Counted from the stretch's first letter, positions 8,721-18,288 are shown. The stretch: 64,000 nucleotides of DNA from Candidatus Poribacteria bacterium (GCA_021295715.1 JAGWBV010000002.1:7261-71260); one strand, 5' to 3'. Notes: a model not told the origin generated them from the letters alone. Translations and numbers: made by a program.

Positions 8721-11117
8721 ATGAATGTGACCTTAAATTGGCTTAAAGCCTACATCGATTTTGAATTTTCTCTAACTGAACTCGCTGATCGGTTGACGAT
8801 GTTAGGTATTGAGGTAGAATCCATTAAGCATCCCGGAGCCGAACTCGAAGGTGTAATTGTCGGTAGCGTCACCTCAATTCGACCGCACCCAAACGCAGAT
8901 AAACTTGTTCTCTGTCAGGTAGATACGGGTGGGGCTGAGGAACTTCAGATTGTCTGCGGTGCTCCGAACGTCAAAGAGGGTATGTTCGCACCTGTCGCTA
9001 CAATCGGTGCAACACTACCTGCGGGGTTTACAATCAAGCGCGCGAAATTGCGCGGCGAAACTTCGCAAGGGATGCTCTGCTCTGAAAAGGAGTTAGGGCT
9101 CTCTGACGATGCTGCCGGTTTGATGGAACTATCGACGGATATACCCCTTGGAACACCCCTCTCAGAGGCTCTTGGATTGGACGATGTCGTATTTGAACTG
9201 GAGATTACACCTAACCGTCCCGATTGCCTCAGCCTGATCGGAGTCGCTCGCGAAATCCGAGCGGAAACCGGAAATCCTTTAAAACTACCGGTTGTCGACT
9301 TGCCGGAAAGTGACGTTAACGTCAGGGACCTGACGTCTGTTACGATTGATGCCCCAGAGCTTTGCCCGCGTTACGCAGCACGCCTCATTCAAGGTGTTAA
9401 AGTGGCAGAATCCCCAACATGGTTGCAACAGCGGCTTGAATCCGTTGGTATAGGTGTTATTAACAACATTGTTGATGTTACTAACTTCGTCCTAATGGAA
9501 TATGGACAACCGCTCCATGCCTTTGATTATCACAAGCTCACAGAGAATCGCATTGTTGTTCGTCGCGCCACAGCGGGTGAAAAAATAACAACTCTCGATG
9601 AAGTTGAACGCGAACTCACACCCGATATGCTCGTCATTGCCGATGCCGAGCGACCTGTTGCCCTCGCTGGAATTATGGGGGGCTACGATTCAGAAATCAC
9701 CGACGCGACCTGTGATATCCTATTGGAGAGTGCCTATTTCAATCCATCAAGTGTTCGTGCTACCGCAAAGGCGTTGGGAATCAGCACGGAAGCCTCCTAC
9801 AGATTTGAGCGTGGTGCCGATCCGCGGACAGTCCTCGCTGCCATTGATCGTGCGGCGCAACTCATTGCCGAATTAGCAGGCGGTACTGTCTGTGAAGGCA
9901 TTGTTGATGTCTATCCGGGACAGCAGCCATTGACCGAAATTCAACTCCGTCCGGAGCGCGTCAATTTCGTATTAGGGACAACACTCGAAGCATCAGAGAT
10001 GGTGAAGATTCTAAATCGCCTCGGTTTCGACGTGGACGCTACCGGAGAGATTTATCAAGTCACTGTGCCGACATTCAGGTCGGACGTTACTCGCGAAATC
10101 GACCTTATTGAGGAAATCGCACGTGTCCACGGATACGATAATATCCCGACAACATTGCCCAAAGGCGATATTCCTGTGCCAGCACCCGACCCGAAGACAG
10201 AAATCCGTAAGCGGATTAAACATTTTCTTTTTGCCGCTGGCATGATGGAAGCGATAAACTATAGTTTTTGCGATCCCAATTGTTTTGATAAGATCCGTTT
10301 GAATACAGATGATCCGCTTCGTAACACCTTGCGACTCCGGAATCCGTTGAGTCCAGAGATGTCGGTGTTACGCACCACACTAACGCCGGGACTACTCGAA
10401 AACGCACAGCATAACCGTAATCATCAGATAGATACTATCGCGCTTTTTGAAATCGGTGGTGTATTCGTCCATGATGGCGAAGAGAAAGAACCGGAACGTG
10501 TTGCAGGTGTTCTTGCTGGGCAAGTCGGGGAAGGTGTCTATAGTGATCCGTACCGACCGCCAGATTTCTTTGACATCAAAGGATTGGTAGAAGGGCTGCT
10601 TGAGGTTTGCGGCGTTGTCGATTGGACGCTACAGAACACTGACACTCCCACCTTCCATCCGGGTCGGAACGCGGAAATCCTATTGGGTGACAAACGGATC
10701 GGTGTCTTCGGCGAGATACATCCAGAAGTTCTCGAAAATTACGATTTACCCTATAAGGCATACCTCTTTGAGTTTAACCTTGAAGGCTTAGCGGAAGCTA
10801 CTACATTTGCCAAATGCTTTGAACCCATTTCCATCTATCCAAAGGTCGCGCGCGACCTTGCGATCGTCGTAGATAAAGATATATTGTCAGATATGCCCAC
10901 CGAGCTTATCTATACAACAGGTGGGGACTCCGTAGACTCGGTGCGTCTGTTTGATGTCTATGAAGGTGAACAAGTCCCGGAAGGTAAGAAGAGTCTCGCC
11001 TATACGATCACCTATCATTCTGCGACAGAAACGTTGACAGATAAAGCGGTCAATGCCCTTCACGATAAGGTTGTCAAATGCCTGAATCGGGAGTTAGGCG
11101 CAGAATTGCGAATGTAG
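8721..11117 (+). CDS. pheT: phenylalanine--tRNA ligase beta subunit
   Basis: N-terminal tRNA-binding domain (HPNADKLVLCQVD), B3/4 and B5 regions and a C-terminal FDX-ACB-like domain, about 798 aa. The ATG at 8721 is preferred over the TTG at 8718. Confidence 0.93.
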   Translation: MNVTLNWLKAYIDFEFSLTELADRLTMLGIEVESIKHPGAELEGVIVGSVTSIRPHPNADKLVLCQVDTGGAEELQIVCGAPNVKEGMFAPVATIGATLPAGFTIKRAKLRGETSQGMLCSEKELGLSDDAAGLMELSTDIPLGTPLSEALGLDDVVFELEITPNRPDCLSLIGVAREIRAETGNPLKLPVVDLPESDVNVRDLTSVTIDAPELCPRYAARLIQGVKVAESPTWLQQRLESVGIGVINNIVDVTNFVLMEYGQPLHAFDYHKLTENRIVVRRATAGEKITTLDEVERELTPDMLVIADAERPVALAGIMGGYDSEITDATCDILLESAYFNPSSVRATAKALGISTEASYRFERGADPRTVLAAIDRAAQLIAELAGGTVCEGIVDVYPGQQPLTEIQLRPERVNFVLGTTLEASEMVKILNRLGFDVDATGEIYQVTVPTFRSDVTREIDLIEEIARVHGYDNIPTTLPKGDIPVPAPDPKTEIRKRIKHFLFAAGMMEAINYSFCDPNCFDKIRLNTDDPLRNTLRLRNPLSPEMSVLRTTLTPGLLENAQHNRNHQIDTIALFEIGGVFVHDGEEKEPERVAGVLAGQVGEGVYSDPYRPPDFFDIKGLVEGLLEVCGVVDWTLQNTDTPTFHPGRNAEILLGDKRIGVFGEIHPEVLENYDLPYKAYLFEFNLEGLAEATTFAKCFEPISIYPKVARDLAIVVDKDILSDMPTELIYTTGGDSVDSVRLFDVYEGEQVPEGKKSLAYTITYHSATETLTDKAVNALHDKVVKCLNRELGAELRM

Positions 11118-11133
11118 ATGCCCGATCAGAACT

Positions 11134-11844
11134 ATGCATGCCCATCGAATAAGGAATCTATTTTCAGCCATCTCGCGCCACTACGACCTCCTCAATGCCC
11201 TGTTAAGCCTTAAACGAGATGCTGTCTGGCGTCGCGAAACGGTCAAAGCAAGCGGTGTTGACTTAGGGAGCAAGGTCCTGGATGTCTGCACCGGCACGGG
11301 TGAACTCGCTCTTGCGTATGCCGATAAAATCGGGACAGAAGGTTTTGTTATTGCTTCAGACTTCTGCTTTGAGATGTTGGTTATCGGTGATGAGAAGGTG
11401 GAGCGGAAGGAACGAGGAACAGACACCAGTTTTCTGGCAGCAGATACCCTTATTCTCCCCTTTTCAGATGATACGTTCGACGTTGTTTCTGTCGGTTTCG
11501 GTATCCGAAATGTCTCAGATCTGGAGATGGGAATAGGCGAGATGACGCGCGTAGCGGCACCGGGAGGCAGAGTCGTTATTTTGGAGTTTACGCAGCCCGT
11601 GAATCCATTATTTCGGAGTCTCTACTATTTCTATTTCACCAAGATCCTGCCTTTCGTCGGGAACTTGATCTCCGGGAGCAAGGACGATGCCTATGGGTAT
11701 CTCCCCCGTTCCGTCATGAAGTTCCCGAATTGCGATGCCTTGAAAGTCGTTATGGAACAGTGTGGATTGATGGATGTAGAGTTCTATCGGCAAACGTTCG
11801 GTATCGTTTCGATCCACGTTGGAAAGAAACCGATAACTATCTGA
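11134..11844 (+). CDS. ubiE: demethylmenaquinone/ubiquinone C-methyltransferase UbiE/MenG
   Basis: YDLLNALLSL...WRR signature, SAM motif VLDVCTGTG, and the GFGIRNV motif. Confidence 0.88.
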   Translation: MHAHRIRNLFSAISRHYDLLNALLSLKRDAVWRRETVKASGVDLGSKVLDVCTGTGELALAYADKIGTEGFVIASDFCFEMLVIGDEKVERKERGTDTSFLAADTLILPFSDDTFDVVSVGFGIRNVSDLEMGIGEMTRVAAPGGRVVILEFTQPVNPLFRSLYYFYFTKILPFVGNLISGSKDDAYGYLPRSVMKFPNCDALKVVMEQCGLMDVEFYRQTFGIVSIHVGKKPITI

Positions 11845-11845
11845 A

Positions 11846-12793
11846 TCAGGATTTACCTTTAACCAACCGTTCTACATGTGCTACAACCGATTCAGAAACC
11901 CCTTCTAAACTATAACCGCCCTCCAACGCAGAAACAACGCGCCCCGATGCGGTCTCCTCGGCAAGTTCAAGAATTAGGTCTGTCAGTGTAGAAAATCCGT
12001 CTGCTGTGAGTTCAGTCCCTGCGAGTGGGTCAAGGTAGTGTGCATCGAATCCTGCTGAAATTAAGATGACCTCAGGTGAGAAATCTTTCAAGGCAGGGAT
12101 GAGAACATCCGTAAAGACTGCGATGTATTCGTCATCACCGCTCCCCTCGGGCATCGGTGCGTTCAGGTTTGTGCCACGTGCTTTTCCGCTACCCTGTTCG
12201 TAACTCGAACCTGTACCGGGGTAGAGCGGCGACTGGTGGATAGAGAAAAAGAAGACCGTCTCATCTTCATAAAAAATGTCTTGTGTGCCGTTTCCGTGGT
12301 GGACATCCCAATCCACAATCGCGACCTTTCCGATGCCGTGTTCCCGTTGAAGATAACGAGCGGTAATCGCAATATTGTTGAATAGGCAAAACCCCATGCT
12401 CTGGTTTTGCGTGGCATGGTGTCCGGGTGGACGTACCATAGCAAAGGCATTTTCTACTGCTCCTGTTACGACTGCATCCGCGACACGCAGCACCCCACCC
12501 GTGGAAAGTTTTGCTATATCATAAGAAGCCTTCACAACGGGAGTATCGTAGGTGAGAAGCAATTCTCGTTCGCAATAGTGCTGAATGTGTTCAGGATAGG
12601 TTGGTTCGTGTGCGTAGCAGAGTTGAGCGACGCTTGCGGGTGTTGGTTCGATGGGGTGTAACTGTTCCCAGACTTCGCTTTCCTGAAGAGCGGCTAAACT
12701 CGCGCGCAGCCGATCGGGTCGTTCCGGGTGGTTTGGACCGGTATCGTGATTAAGGTAGTCTGGATGATAGGCGAATCCTGTTTTTTGTGTCAT
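11846..12793 (-). CDS. histone deacetylase-family (AcuC/HDAC-like) amidohydrolase
   Basis: RPPGHHA, DWDVHHGNGTQ and EGGY motifs. Start chosen at MTQKTGFAYHP; the longer ORF to 12844 begins with TTG. Confidence 0.85.
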   Translation of the reverse strand: MTQKTGFAYHPDYLNHDTGPNHPERPDRLRASLAALQESEVWEQLHPIEPTPASVAQLCYAHEPTYPEHIQHYCERELLLTYDTPVVKASYDIAKLSTGGVLRVADAVVTGAVENAFAMVRPPGHHATQNQSMGFCLFNNIAITARYLQREHGIGKVAIVDWDVHHGNGTQDIFYEDETVFFFSIHQSPLYPGTGSSYEQGSGKARGTNLNAPMPEGSGDDEYIAVFTDVLIPALKDFSPEVILISAGFDAHYLDPLAGTELTADGFSTLTDLILELAEETASGRVVSALEGGYSLEGVSESVVAHVERLVKGKS

Positions 12794-12884
12794 GATCGTG
12801 CTTGAGTCTAAATTTTCCTTTCCGAGCGTGCTCAACATGCACAAATCAAAGCAATAATTGGCAGTTTCAGCACTGTTAAGGCAA

Positions 12885-13217
12885 TTATTGGGCGTTACAG
12901 GGGGTCTTGTTTATAGAGAGAAGGTCGAGTTCTTTGTGCAGACGAGAATTCGCGTCATTATCTCGATGGACACAGATGCAATTAACACCGTAATTTCTTG
13001 CACAATACCACTTTTCGTGATTTGGAATTCGATCCTTCAGTGATTGGGTTTCACCGATATATAAAAACGTGTGTTTGCTTGTTCCATCTAAACCAACGGT
13101 ACGTTTTGAGAATATGTAAACTGCTCCAACAGAATTGAAAACTGTGTCTGTAGTATAAACCTCAAAGGCATAGTTCCCGAATTTGCCTTTAAACGTTGCA
13201 TCGGCTATTTTTCCCAT
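12885..13217 (-). CDS. small GIY-YIG-like nuclease-domain protein
   Basis: VYIF...(15 aa)...LYIGET..L.DR..H...E pattern. The ATG at 13217 is preceded by GAGGAG. Confidence 0.55.
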   Translation of the reverse strand: MGKIADATFKGKFGNYAFEVYTTDTVFNSVGAVYIFSKRTVGLDGTSKHTFLYIGETQSLKDRIPNHEKWYCARNYGVNCICVHRDNDANSRLHKELDLLSINKTPCNAQ

Positions 13218-13296
13218 GTTGTTCTCCTCTGTGCCCAATTTTGTTATATCTAAAGCACGGCACTAAGTAAGATTCTGCCTCCGCTGCAGAAGAAAT

Positions 13297-13653
13297 TTAA
13301 GGGAAAGTTACAGCCCAAGCGAACTGCCAAGTTGGGGTCGAAATTTTTGGGAAGGGTTCGTACTCGCGAATTACGTTGCCAAGGCCAACACCTGACGGAT
13401 TTTCTTCCTGCTCAACTTCCGTTTCAAAAAGTTCGGGGAAGTCCACAGATGAGCGAGGCTGAGGAATTTCATCCCCGTACCGTTTTGCCGTTTCTATCCA
13501 ACAGAGGATAGCGTCCTCTCCATTCGCTATCGCTTCGTCGATGGTTTCCCCATCAGAAATACACCCCGGTAAATCGGGAAATTCAATTAAATAACCCCCA
13601 CCTTCCTCATCAGGCAGTATACTTATATAAAATGGATACCCGAGCTCATTCAT
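13297..13653 (-). CDS. hicB: type II antitoxin HicB family
   Basis: YLIEFPDLPGCISDGETIDEAIANGEDA is the typical HicB/UPF0150 N-domain. The gene lies 3 nt downstream of hicA. Confidence 0.8.
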   Translation of the reverse strand: MNELGYPFYISILPDEEGGGYLIEFPDLPGCISDGETIDEAIANGEDAILCWIETAKRYGDEIPQPRSSVDFPELFETEVEQEENPSGVGLGNVIREYEPFPKISTPTWQFAWAVTFP

Positions 13654-13656
13654 AAT

Positions 13657-13896
13657 TCATACCTCCAATTGATCTATCATTTTCACAAGTCGTCGAATAT
13701 ACACAGGTCTTATCGGGCGGTGGTCAGGAATAGTCAATTTACTCCCTGAATCGTGACGTAGTGTGACGTGGCTACCGCCGCCGCCCGGTCTACTGATTGA
13801 AAACCCGTACCGCCTTGCTAATTTTTCAACATCGGCAATTCGCCAATCATCCCGCGGATTGTTCCGCATTTTTTCCAGCAATTTATCTCGACGCAT
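13657..13896 (-). CDS. hicA: type II toxin HicA family (mRNA interferase)
   Basis: 79 aa, with ...GGGGSHVTLRH... (the GSH motif of the HicA/YcfA family). Canonical toxin-first order. Confidence 0.8.
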   Translation of the reverse strand: MRRDKLLEKMRNNPRDDWRIADVEKLARRYGFSISRPGGGGSHVTLRHDSGSKLTIPDHRPIRPVYIRRLVKMIDQLEV

Positions 13897-13949
13897 GGAA
13901 ATAGTACTCCATACAGGGTCATTTGCAATCGGTAGGATAGCACTTTAAA

Positions 13950-13978
13950 ATTATAACGCGTTATATGCCCATTATCAA
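13950..13978 (-). promoter_or_regulatory. hicAB promoter TTGATA-17-TATAAT with an overlapping 14-bp perfect palindrome TATAACGCGTTATA (13952-13965)
   Basis: Read on the minus strand: -35 at 13978-13973, -10 at 13955-13950. The palindrome spans the -10 and part of the spacer, so it is a likely operator. Confidence 0.6.
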
Positions 13979-14051
13979 GTTAAAATTCAATTGGAAAAAT
14001 TACGCAGGGACACACCCGTGGTCATGCCTCGTTCTCTATATCGCCATTCCG

Positions 14052-15524
14052 TTATCCACGAAACAGAATTTTTCTCATTTTCCCCGGTTGTGCCCAATTG
14101 CATTTACCAGCACCGTTAAGCTGCCGTAAGAGCGTCGGAATTTCAGGATTCTCAAGCTCACTTTTAATTCTGCGTGCGGCATCTTCAGACCAGCACGGGA
14201 TGAACGCATGCATCGATTGGTTACCTTGCCATGCCTGCCCATCTACGCAACTCAACACAACTGGATTGAACCGACTTCTCCCATACGCCTCCCACATCAC
14301 TTTGAACGGCGCAAACGAATAAGTGCCGACACCGAACAGTGCCCACCAATATCCTCTATCAATCGTCGTTTTGAGAAGCGTTCCCTTTCGGAATCGTAGC
14401 GTCTCTTCAGCATTACAGAGATATTCTTTCAACGGACTATGCTGTTCAATCTGATGCTGCGTGAGCGGCTTTCCAGTTTCCCGATGATAGGGTAGCAGTA
14501 TCCATTTGTGAGGGATTGATGTGTCTTGCCGCCAAATCTCCTTTGTCGCGAGTGGGTATAAAAATGCTTCAGGGAGGTGTGAAGGCTTGTCTTGAAAAAT
14601 AAAAACGCTGTTGGCACCGCATGTATTCACGCCCTGACGTGGTGTTTGTGTCGGGGACAAGTTAAGGTCAACGGTTGTGCCTGTATTCAGTTCGTTGAGG
14701 CCCCGCACAACCCGCCACGGATCTGCAGAATCATTAAGTGGAACAGCCTTATGCTCAGTCCAGTTTCCGTCCGATTCCCTGAAATATGGAATGGGGAACG
14801 TCTGGAACGTATCGCACTGAAATTTAGCACAACCGTATGATGTGCCGATGCCTTCAAACACTTGGGTCGATGTGAATTCATAGACTGTATCTACGGCGAA
14901 ATTACGCTGATTTGCCCTATAATTTCGAAAACCACTATGCGCGCCGTCACCGAAAAAAAGGGAAAGCGGCAAGTAAAAATACCCGACCCCGTTCTCTTTT
15001 AGGAATTGACCGAGAGCGATCTTCAAGACAAGTGCCGCAATGTCGATACGAGAGGAACCTAAAAGTAACTGCTGTCTGTCTGGCACTAGTCCTTCTGCAA
15101 GAAAAGAAGGTTTTACACGCGTTTTGTAATCCGAGGGCAGATCCGCGAAATTCATCCACGGTGGGTTCCCGATAAGAATGTCATACTTTCCTGCGTGCGA
15201 CTCTATAATCACATCTTGGCAAAAGAGTTGGGATACTGGGAAATCAACGCCAAATTCTTGTTTGACTTTTTTTCTAAACCACGCCAGATGTGAAGCGTTC
15301 ATCTCAATGAGCGTTAGGCGTGATAAGCGTTCTGGGGTGATAGGGACCCCTCTACAGCGTGCAATGTCCAGAAGCGCAAGGATAAATGCCCCTTTTCCTG
15401 CTGTGGGGTCGCAGATGTGTGCGCCATCAATCCATGCGTCGAAGATATCCCACTTATCTATGAGCCATTTTGCCCATTTCAGCGGGGTAAATACCTCTCC
15501 AATTCCAAGCAATTTATCCAACAT
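14052..15524 (-). CDS. N6-adenine DNA methyltransferase (gamma-class, TaqI/Eco57I-like) with C-terminal target-recognition region
   Basis: Motif I DPTAGKGAF and motif IV LIGNPPWMNF in gamma order. About 250 aa of C-terminal extension. Confidence 0.8.
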   Translation of the reverse strand: MLDKLLGIGEVFTPLKWAKWLIDKWDIFDAWIDGAHICDPTAGKGAFILALLDIARCRGVPITPERLSRLTLIEMNASHLAWFRKKVKQEFGVDFPVSQLFCQDVIIESHAGKYDILIGNPPWMNFADLPSDYKTRVKPSFLAEGLVPDRQQLLLGSSRIDIAALVLKIALGQFLKENGVGYFYLPLSLFFGDGAHSGFRNYRANQRNFAVDTVYEFTSTQVFEGIGTSYGCAKFQCDTFQTFPIPYFRESDGNWTEHKAVPLNDSADPWRVVRGLNELNTGTTVDLNLSPTQTPRQGVNTCGANSVFIFQDKPSHLPEAFLYPLATKEIWRQDTSIPHKWILLPYHRETGKPLTQHQIEQHSPLKEYLCNAEETLRFRKGTLLKTTIDRGYWWALFGVGTYSFAPFKVMWEAYGRSRFNPVVLSCVDGQAWQGNQSMHAFIPCWSEDAARRIKSELENPEIPTLLRQLNGAGKCNWAQPGKMRKILFRG

Positions 15525-15690
15525 AGTGCTGTGTCAAGTTGAGTTTGATAGTATTGTAAGTTGGGTTGAAGGGATTTTCCTGTAGGGGCAGTCCCTTGTG
15601 GCTGCCCACATCCATCATTTTAGGAGTGACACAGCAATAGTCTTCAAATTCGAGGATGGTAAGCGTGAAATCTTGATCGCGACTCTTCAT
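15514..15690 (-). CDS. possible 58-codon ORF overlapping the methyltransferase start
   Basis: ATG at 15690. Its stop (15516-15514) lies 8 nt inside the MTase ORF (ATGTTGGATAA). The MTase has no SD of its own. The SD here is weak and no motif is recognised. Confidence 0.2.
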   Translation of the reverse strand: MKSRDQDFTLTILEFEDYCCVTPKMMDVGSHKGLPLQENPFNPTYNTIKLNLTQHYVG

Positions 15691-15745
15691 TGTGGGTAAT
15701 TTCCGAACCGCGATCTTCCGTTTGATTCATTGTTTCGTCGCTAGC

Positions 15746-16516
15746 TTATCGAGATGCCTTCACTCTCGCCCATGTTGTTGCCAGTTTCCCTTCCGGTTCA
15801 ACAGCGAAAGCGTCCTCCCATCCATTGAGTAGCTGCGCAATCTCATCCGCCTCAAGGGCGCGGCTGAGAAGGACGATCTCGTCGATACCACCGGTAAACG
15901 ACTCTGGACCAAATTTGAGTTGCAAGGTCTCACCTACGGCAACTTTGCCACCCCATTCCGGTTTCCAATCTGTTTTGTCGGCTGCCAACGCGCCGTGTTT
16001 GCTTTCGGGTTCGCCATCAACGTACATCTCAACATTCTTTCCATCGTACGTTCCGGCGACATGATACCACGTCCCTTGTTCTAATTCTGTTTTGCCGTAA
16101 AATCCGGGTGTAATACCGTTGGCTGTCCAGACTCTGAATGAGAAACCATCAGGTATCGGTTCACCACCGGACTGGTCTTCTAACAGATAGGCACCGTTTT
16201 TTCTGACACCGGTATCTGAATCGGCATCTACGCGGAACCACGCAGCTACGGTCAATTCTTCGCTGATGCTTTGGAGGCTTTTTGAATCGCCTACATCGAT
16301 GCTACCGGCTCCACCCGCAACGACTGCTTTACCAAACTTACCGTCTTCAAACTTAAAATTACCGACTATCTTTCCATCGTTACCGTTGTCTGTTGCATCT
16401 TTAACATCGCCTTCAAAGAGCCAAACGCCAACGATTGCTGGATCGTCTTCTTCCAATGCCCATGAGGCGGTGCACAAACATAAAAGCAATGCCAAACCTA
16501 TACATAGCGATTTCAT
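15746..16516 (-). CDS. secreted LamG-domain (concanavalin-A-like) protein
   Basis: Signal peptide, then the pattern typical of LamG-type jelly rolls (WLFEGD..., LTVAAWFR, WYHVAGTYDG, MYVDGE). Confidence 0.75.
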   Translation of the reverse strand: MKSLCIGLALLLCLCTASWALEEDDPAIVGVWLFEGDVKDATDNGNDGKIVGNFKFEDGKFGKAVVAGGAGSIDVGDSKSLQSISEELTVAAWFRVDADSDTGVRKNGAYLLEDQSGGEPIPDGFSFRVWTANGITPGFYGKTELEQGTWYHVAGTYDGKNVEMYVDGEPESKHGALAADKTDWKPEWGGKVAVGETLQLKFGPESFTGGIDEIVLLSRALEADEIAQLLNGWEDAFAVEPEGKLATTWARVKASR

Positions 16517-16722
16517 TTAAATGTCTCCATGAAATGTTAAATGCCCAAAACATTGTCGGGCATAAAGCCTTAATTTGATAATGTCAGGTTAACAGGTTTT
16601 CCTGTATCTCTTCTGTATTAAGGTATTATATCATATTTCTATCTTTTAGCAGACGCTTTTTCTGCGAGAAAAAAGATAGCAACATACCTGAAGTTGAACA
16701 TGACAAATTTACTTGTAGGTTC

Positions 16723-16751
16723 ACGTAAAATATGCTACACTTTAAGACATC
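16723..16751 (+). promoter_or_regulatory. candidate promoter TTGTAG-17-TGcTACACT, about 200 nt upstream of the sulfatase maturase gene
   Basis: Same TGCTACACT extended -10 as the promoter at 3325. Confidence 0.35.
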
Positions 16752-16950
16752 TCTGGCGACTATGTTACGAGATTAAAGGGTAAATTAGGAAAGTGGATTA
16801 CGCGAATTGATCGCTGTCGAGGCACGGAGCGGGAAGCCAAAACTTAAAACGGTAGCCTGCATTCTCACTGCAAAGCAGGCGGAAGCGGGTTTAAGGAGCG
16901 CGTGTGATAGTTTAAAAGCACGTTGTTCCTCCGCAAGGTAAATTAGAAAA

Positions 16951-18258
16951 GTGAAAAGAGGGAATCAGATGGTTCAACAGAGCACACCGCGCGCATTTCA
17001 TGTAATGACGAAGCCGATCGGTCCAATATGCAATTTGGATTGCGAGTACTGCTTCTATCTCGATAAAGAGAAACTCTATCCCGAAACACGTTCCTTCCGC
17101 ATGACTGACGAAATTTTGGAAAACTACGTTAAACAATACATTGAGGCACAGGAGACCAACGAAGTCACGTTCGCATGGCAAGGTGGCGAACCTACGTTGA
17201 TGGGAGTGGACTTCTTCCGACAGGCAGTCAGGTACCAGCAGAAGTATAGACGTCCGGGGATGCAGATTCAGAACTCGTTTCAAACGAATGCCACACTCCT
17301 CGACGATGAATGGGCGGAACTGTTCAAGCGGAACAGATTTTTAATCGGGGTCAGTATCGACGGCCCCCCGGAAACTCACGATAAATATCGCTACGACAAA
17401 CGCGGCAGACCGTCCTCTGAACAGGTAATTCGTGGGTTGCGTGTCTTGCAGGAGCATAAGGTCGATTACAATATACTTTGTGTTGTCAACAAACATAACG
17501 CTGAGTATCCGATGGAGGTCTACAACTACTTCAAGGAGCTTGGTGCAGAGTTTATGCAGTTTATTCCAGCCGTTGAGCATTTCGGCGGAAAGAATGTATC
17601 CCCGCGTTCCGTCACAGCGCGGCAGTACGGTAAATTCCTCTGCACTATTTTCGATGAATGGGTCGTGAACGACATCGGAAGAATTTTCGTCCAAATTTTC
17701 GATGTGGCGTTAGAGGCATGGTTGGGCTATAACCCCAGTCTCTGCGTTTTCAATGAAACCTGTGGTGATGCACTCGCAATTGAGCATAACGGCGACCTCT
17801 ACTCCTGTGACCATTTTGTGACACCTGACTATCACGTCGGAAACATTGCGGAAAACACTATTGCTGAGATGGTGGATTCAACGTTCCAACGCAAATTCGG
17901 GACCGATAAACGGGATACACTGCCCGAATACTGTCGGAGTTGCGAAGTGAAGTTCGTCTGCAATGGCGGCTGTCCAAAGAACCGGTTTATCAAAACGCCT
18001 ACCGGTGAAGATGGCTTGAACTACCTTTGTGCTGGCTATAAGCAGTTTTTCAATCATATCGACGAACCGATGAAGATGATGGCTTCCGCACTTCAGGCGG
18101 GACGACCTGCGAATAGTATCATACCGATACTACGCCAGCGTCAGCAGGAGCAAACACGCGCCAGTGCATCAACAGGTTCACAGAAAGTCGGACGGAACTC
18201 GCCGTGTCCATGCGGTAGCGGTCGAAAGTATAAGCAGTGCTGCCTGAACAAAAGGTGA
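16951..18258 (+). CDS. anaerobic sulfatase-maturating radical SAM/SPASM enzyme with C-terminal SEC-C motif
   Basis: CNLDCEYCFY radical-SAM cluster, SPASM-like cysteines (CRSCEVKFVCNGGCPKNR), and a CPCGSGRKYKQCC tail. GTG at 16951 or ATG at 16969. Confidence 0.85.
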   Translation: MKRGNQMVQQSTPRAFHVMTKPIGPICNLDCEYCFYLDKEKLYPETRSFRMTDEILENYVKQYIEAQETNEVTFAWQGGEPTLMGVDFFRQAVRYQQKYRRPGMQIQNSFQTNATLLDDEWAELFKRNRFLIGVSIDGPPETHDKYRYDKRGRPSSEQVIRGLRVLQEHKVDYNILCVVNKHNAEYPMEVYNYFKELGAEFMQFIPAVEHFGGKNVSPRSVTARQYGKFLCTIFDEWVVNDIGRIFVQIFDVALEAWLGYNPSLCVFNETCGDALAIEHNGDLYSCDHFVTPDYHVGNIAENTIAEMVDSTFQRKFGTDKRDTLPEYCRSCEVKFVCNGGCPKNRFIKTPTGEDGLNYLCAGYKQFFNHIDEPMKMMASALQAGRPANSIIPILRQRQQEQTRASASTGSQKVGRNSPCPCGSGRKYKQCCLNKR

Positions 18259-18288
18259 ATCGGGACTTGTGTTTAAAGAGGCATCTCC

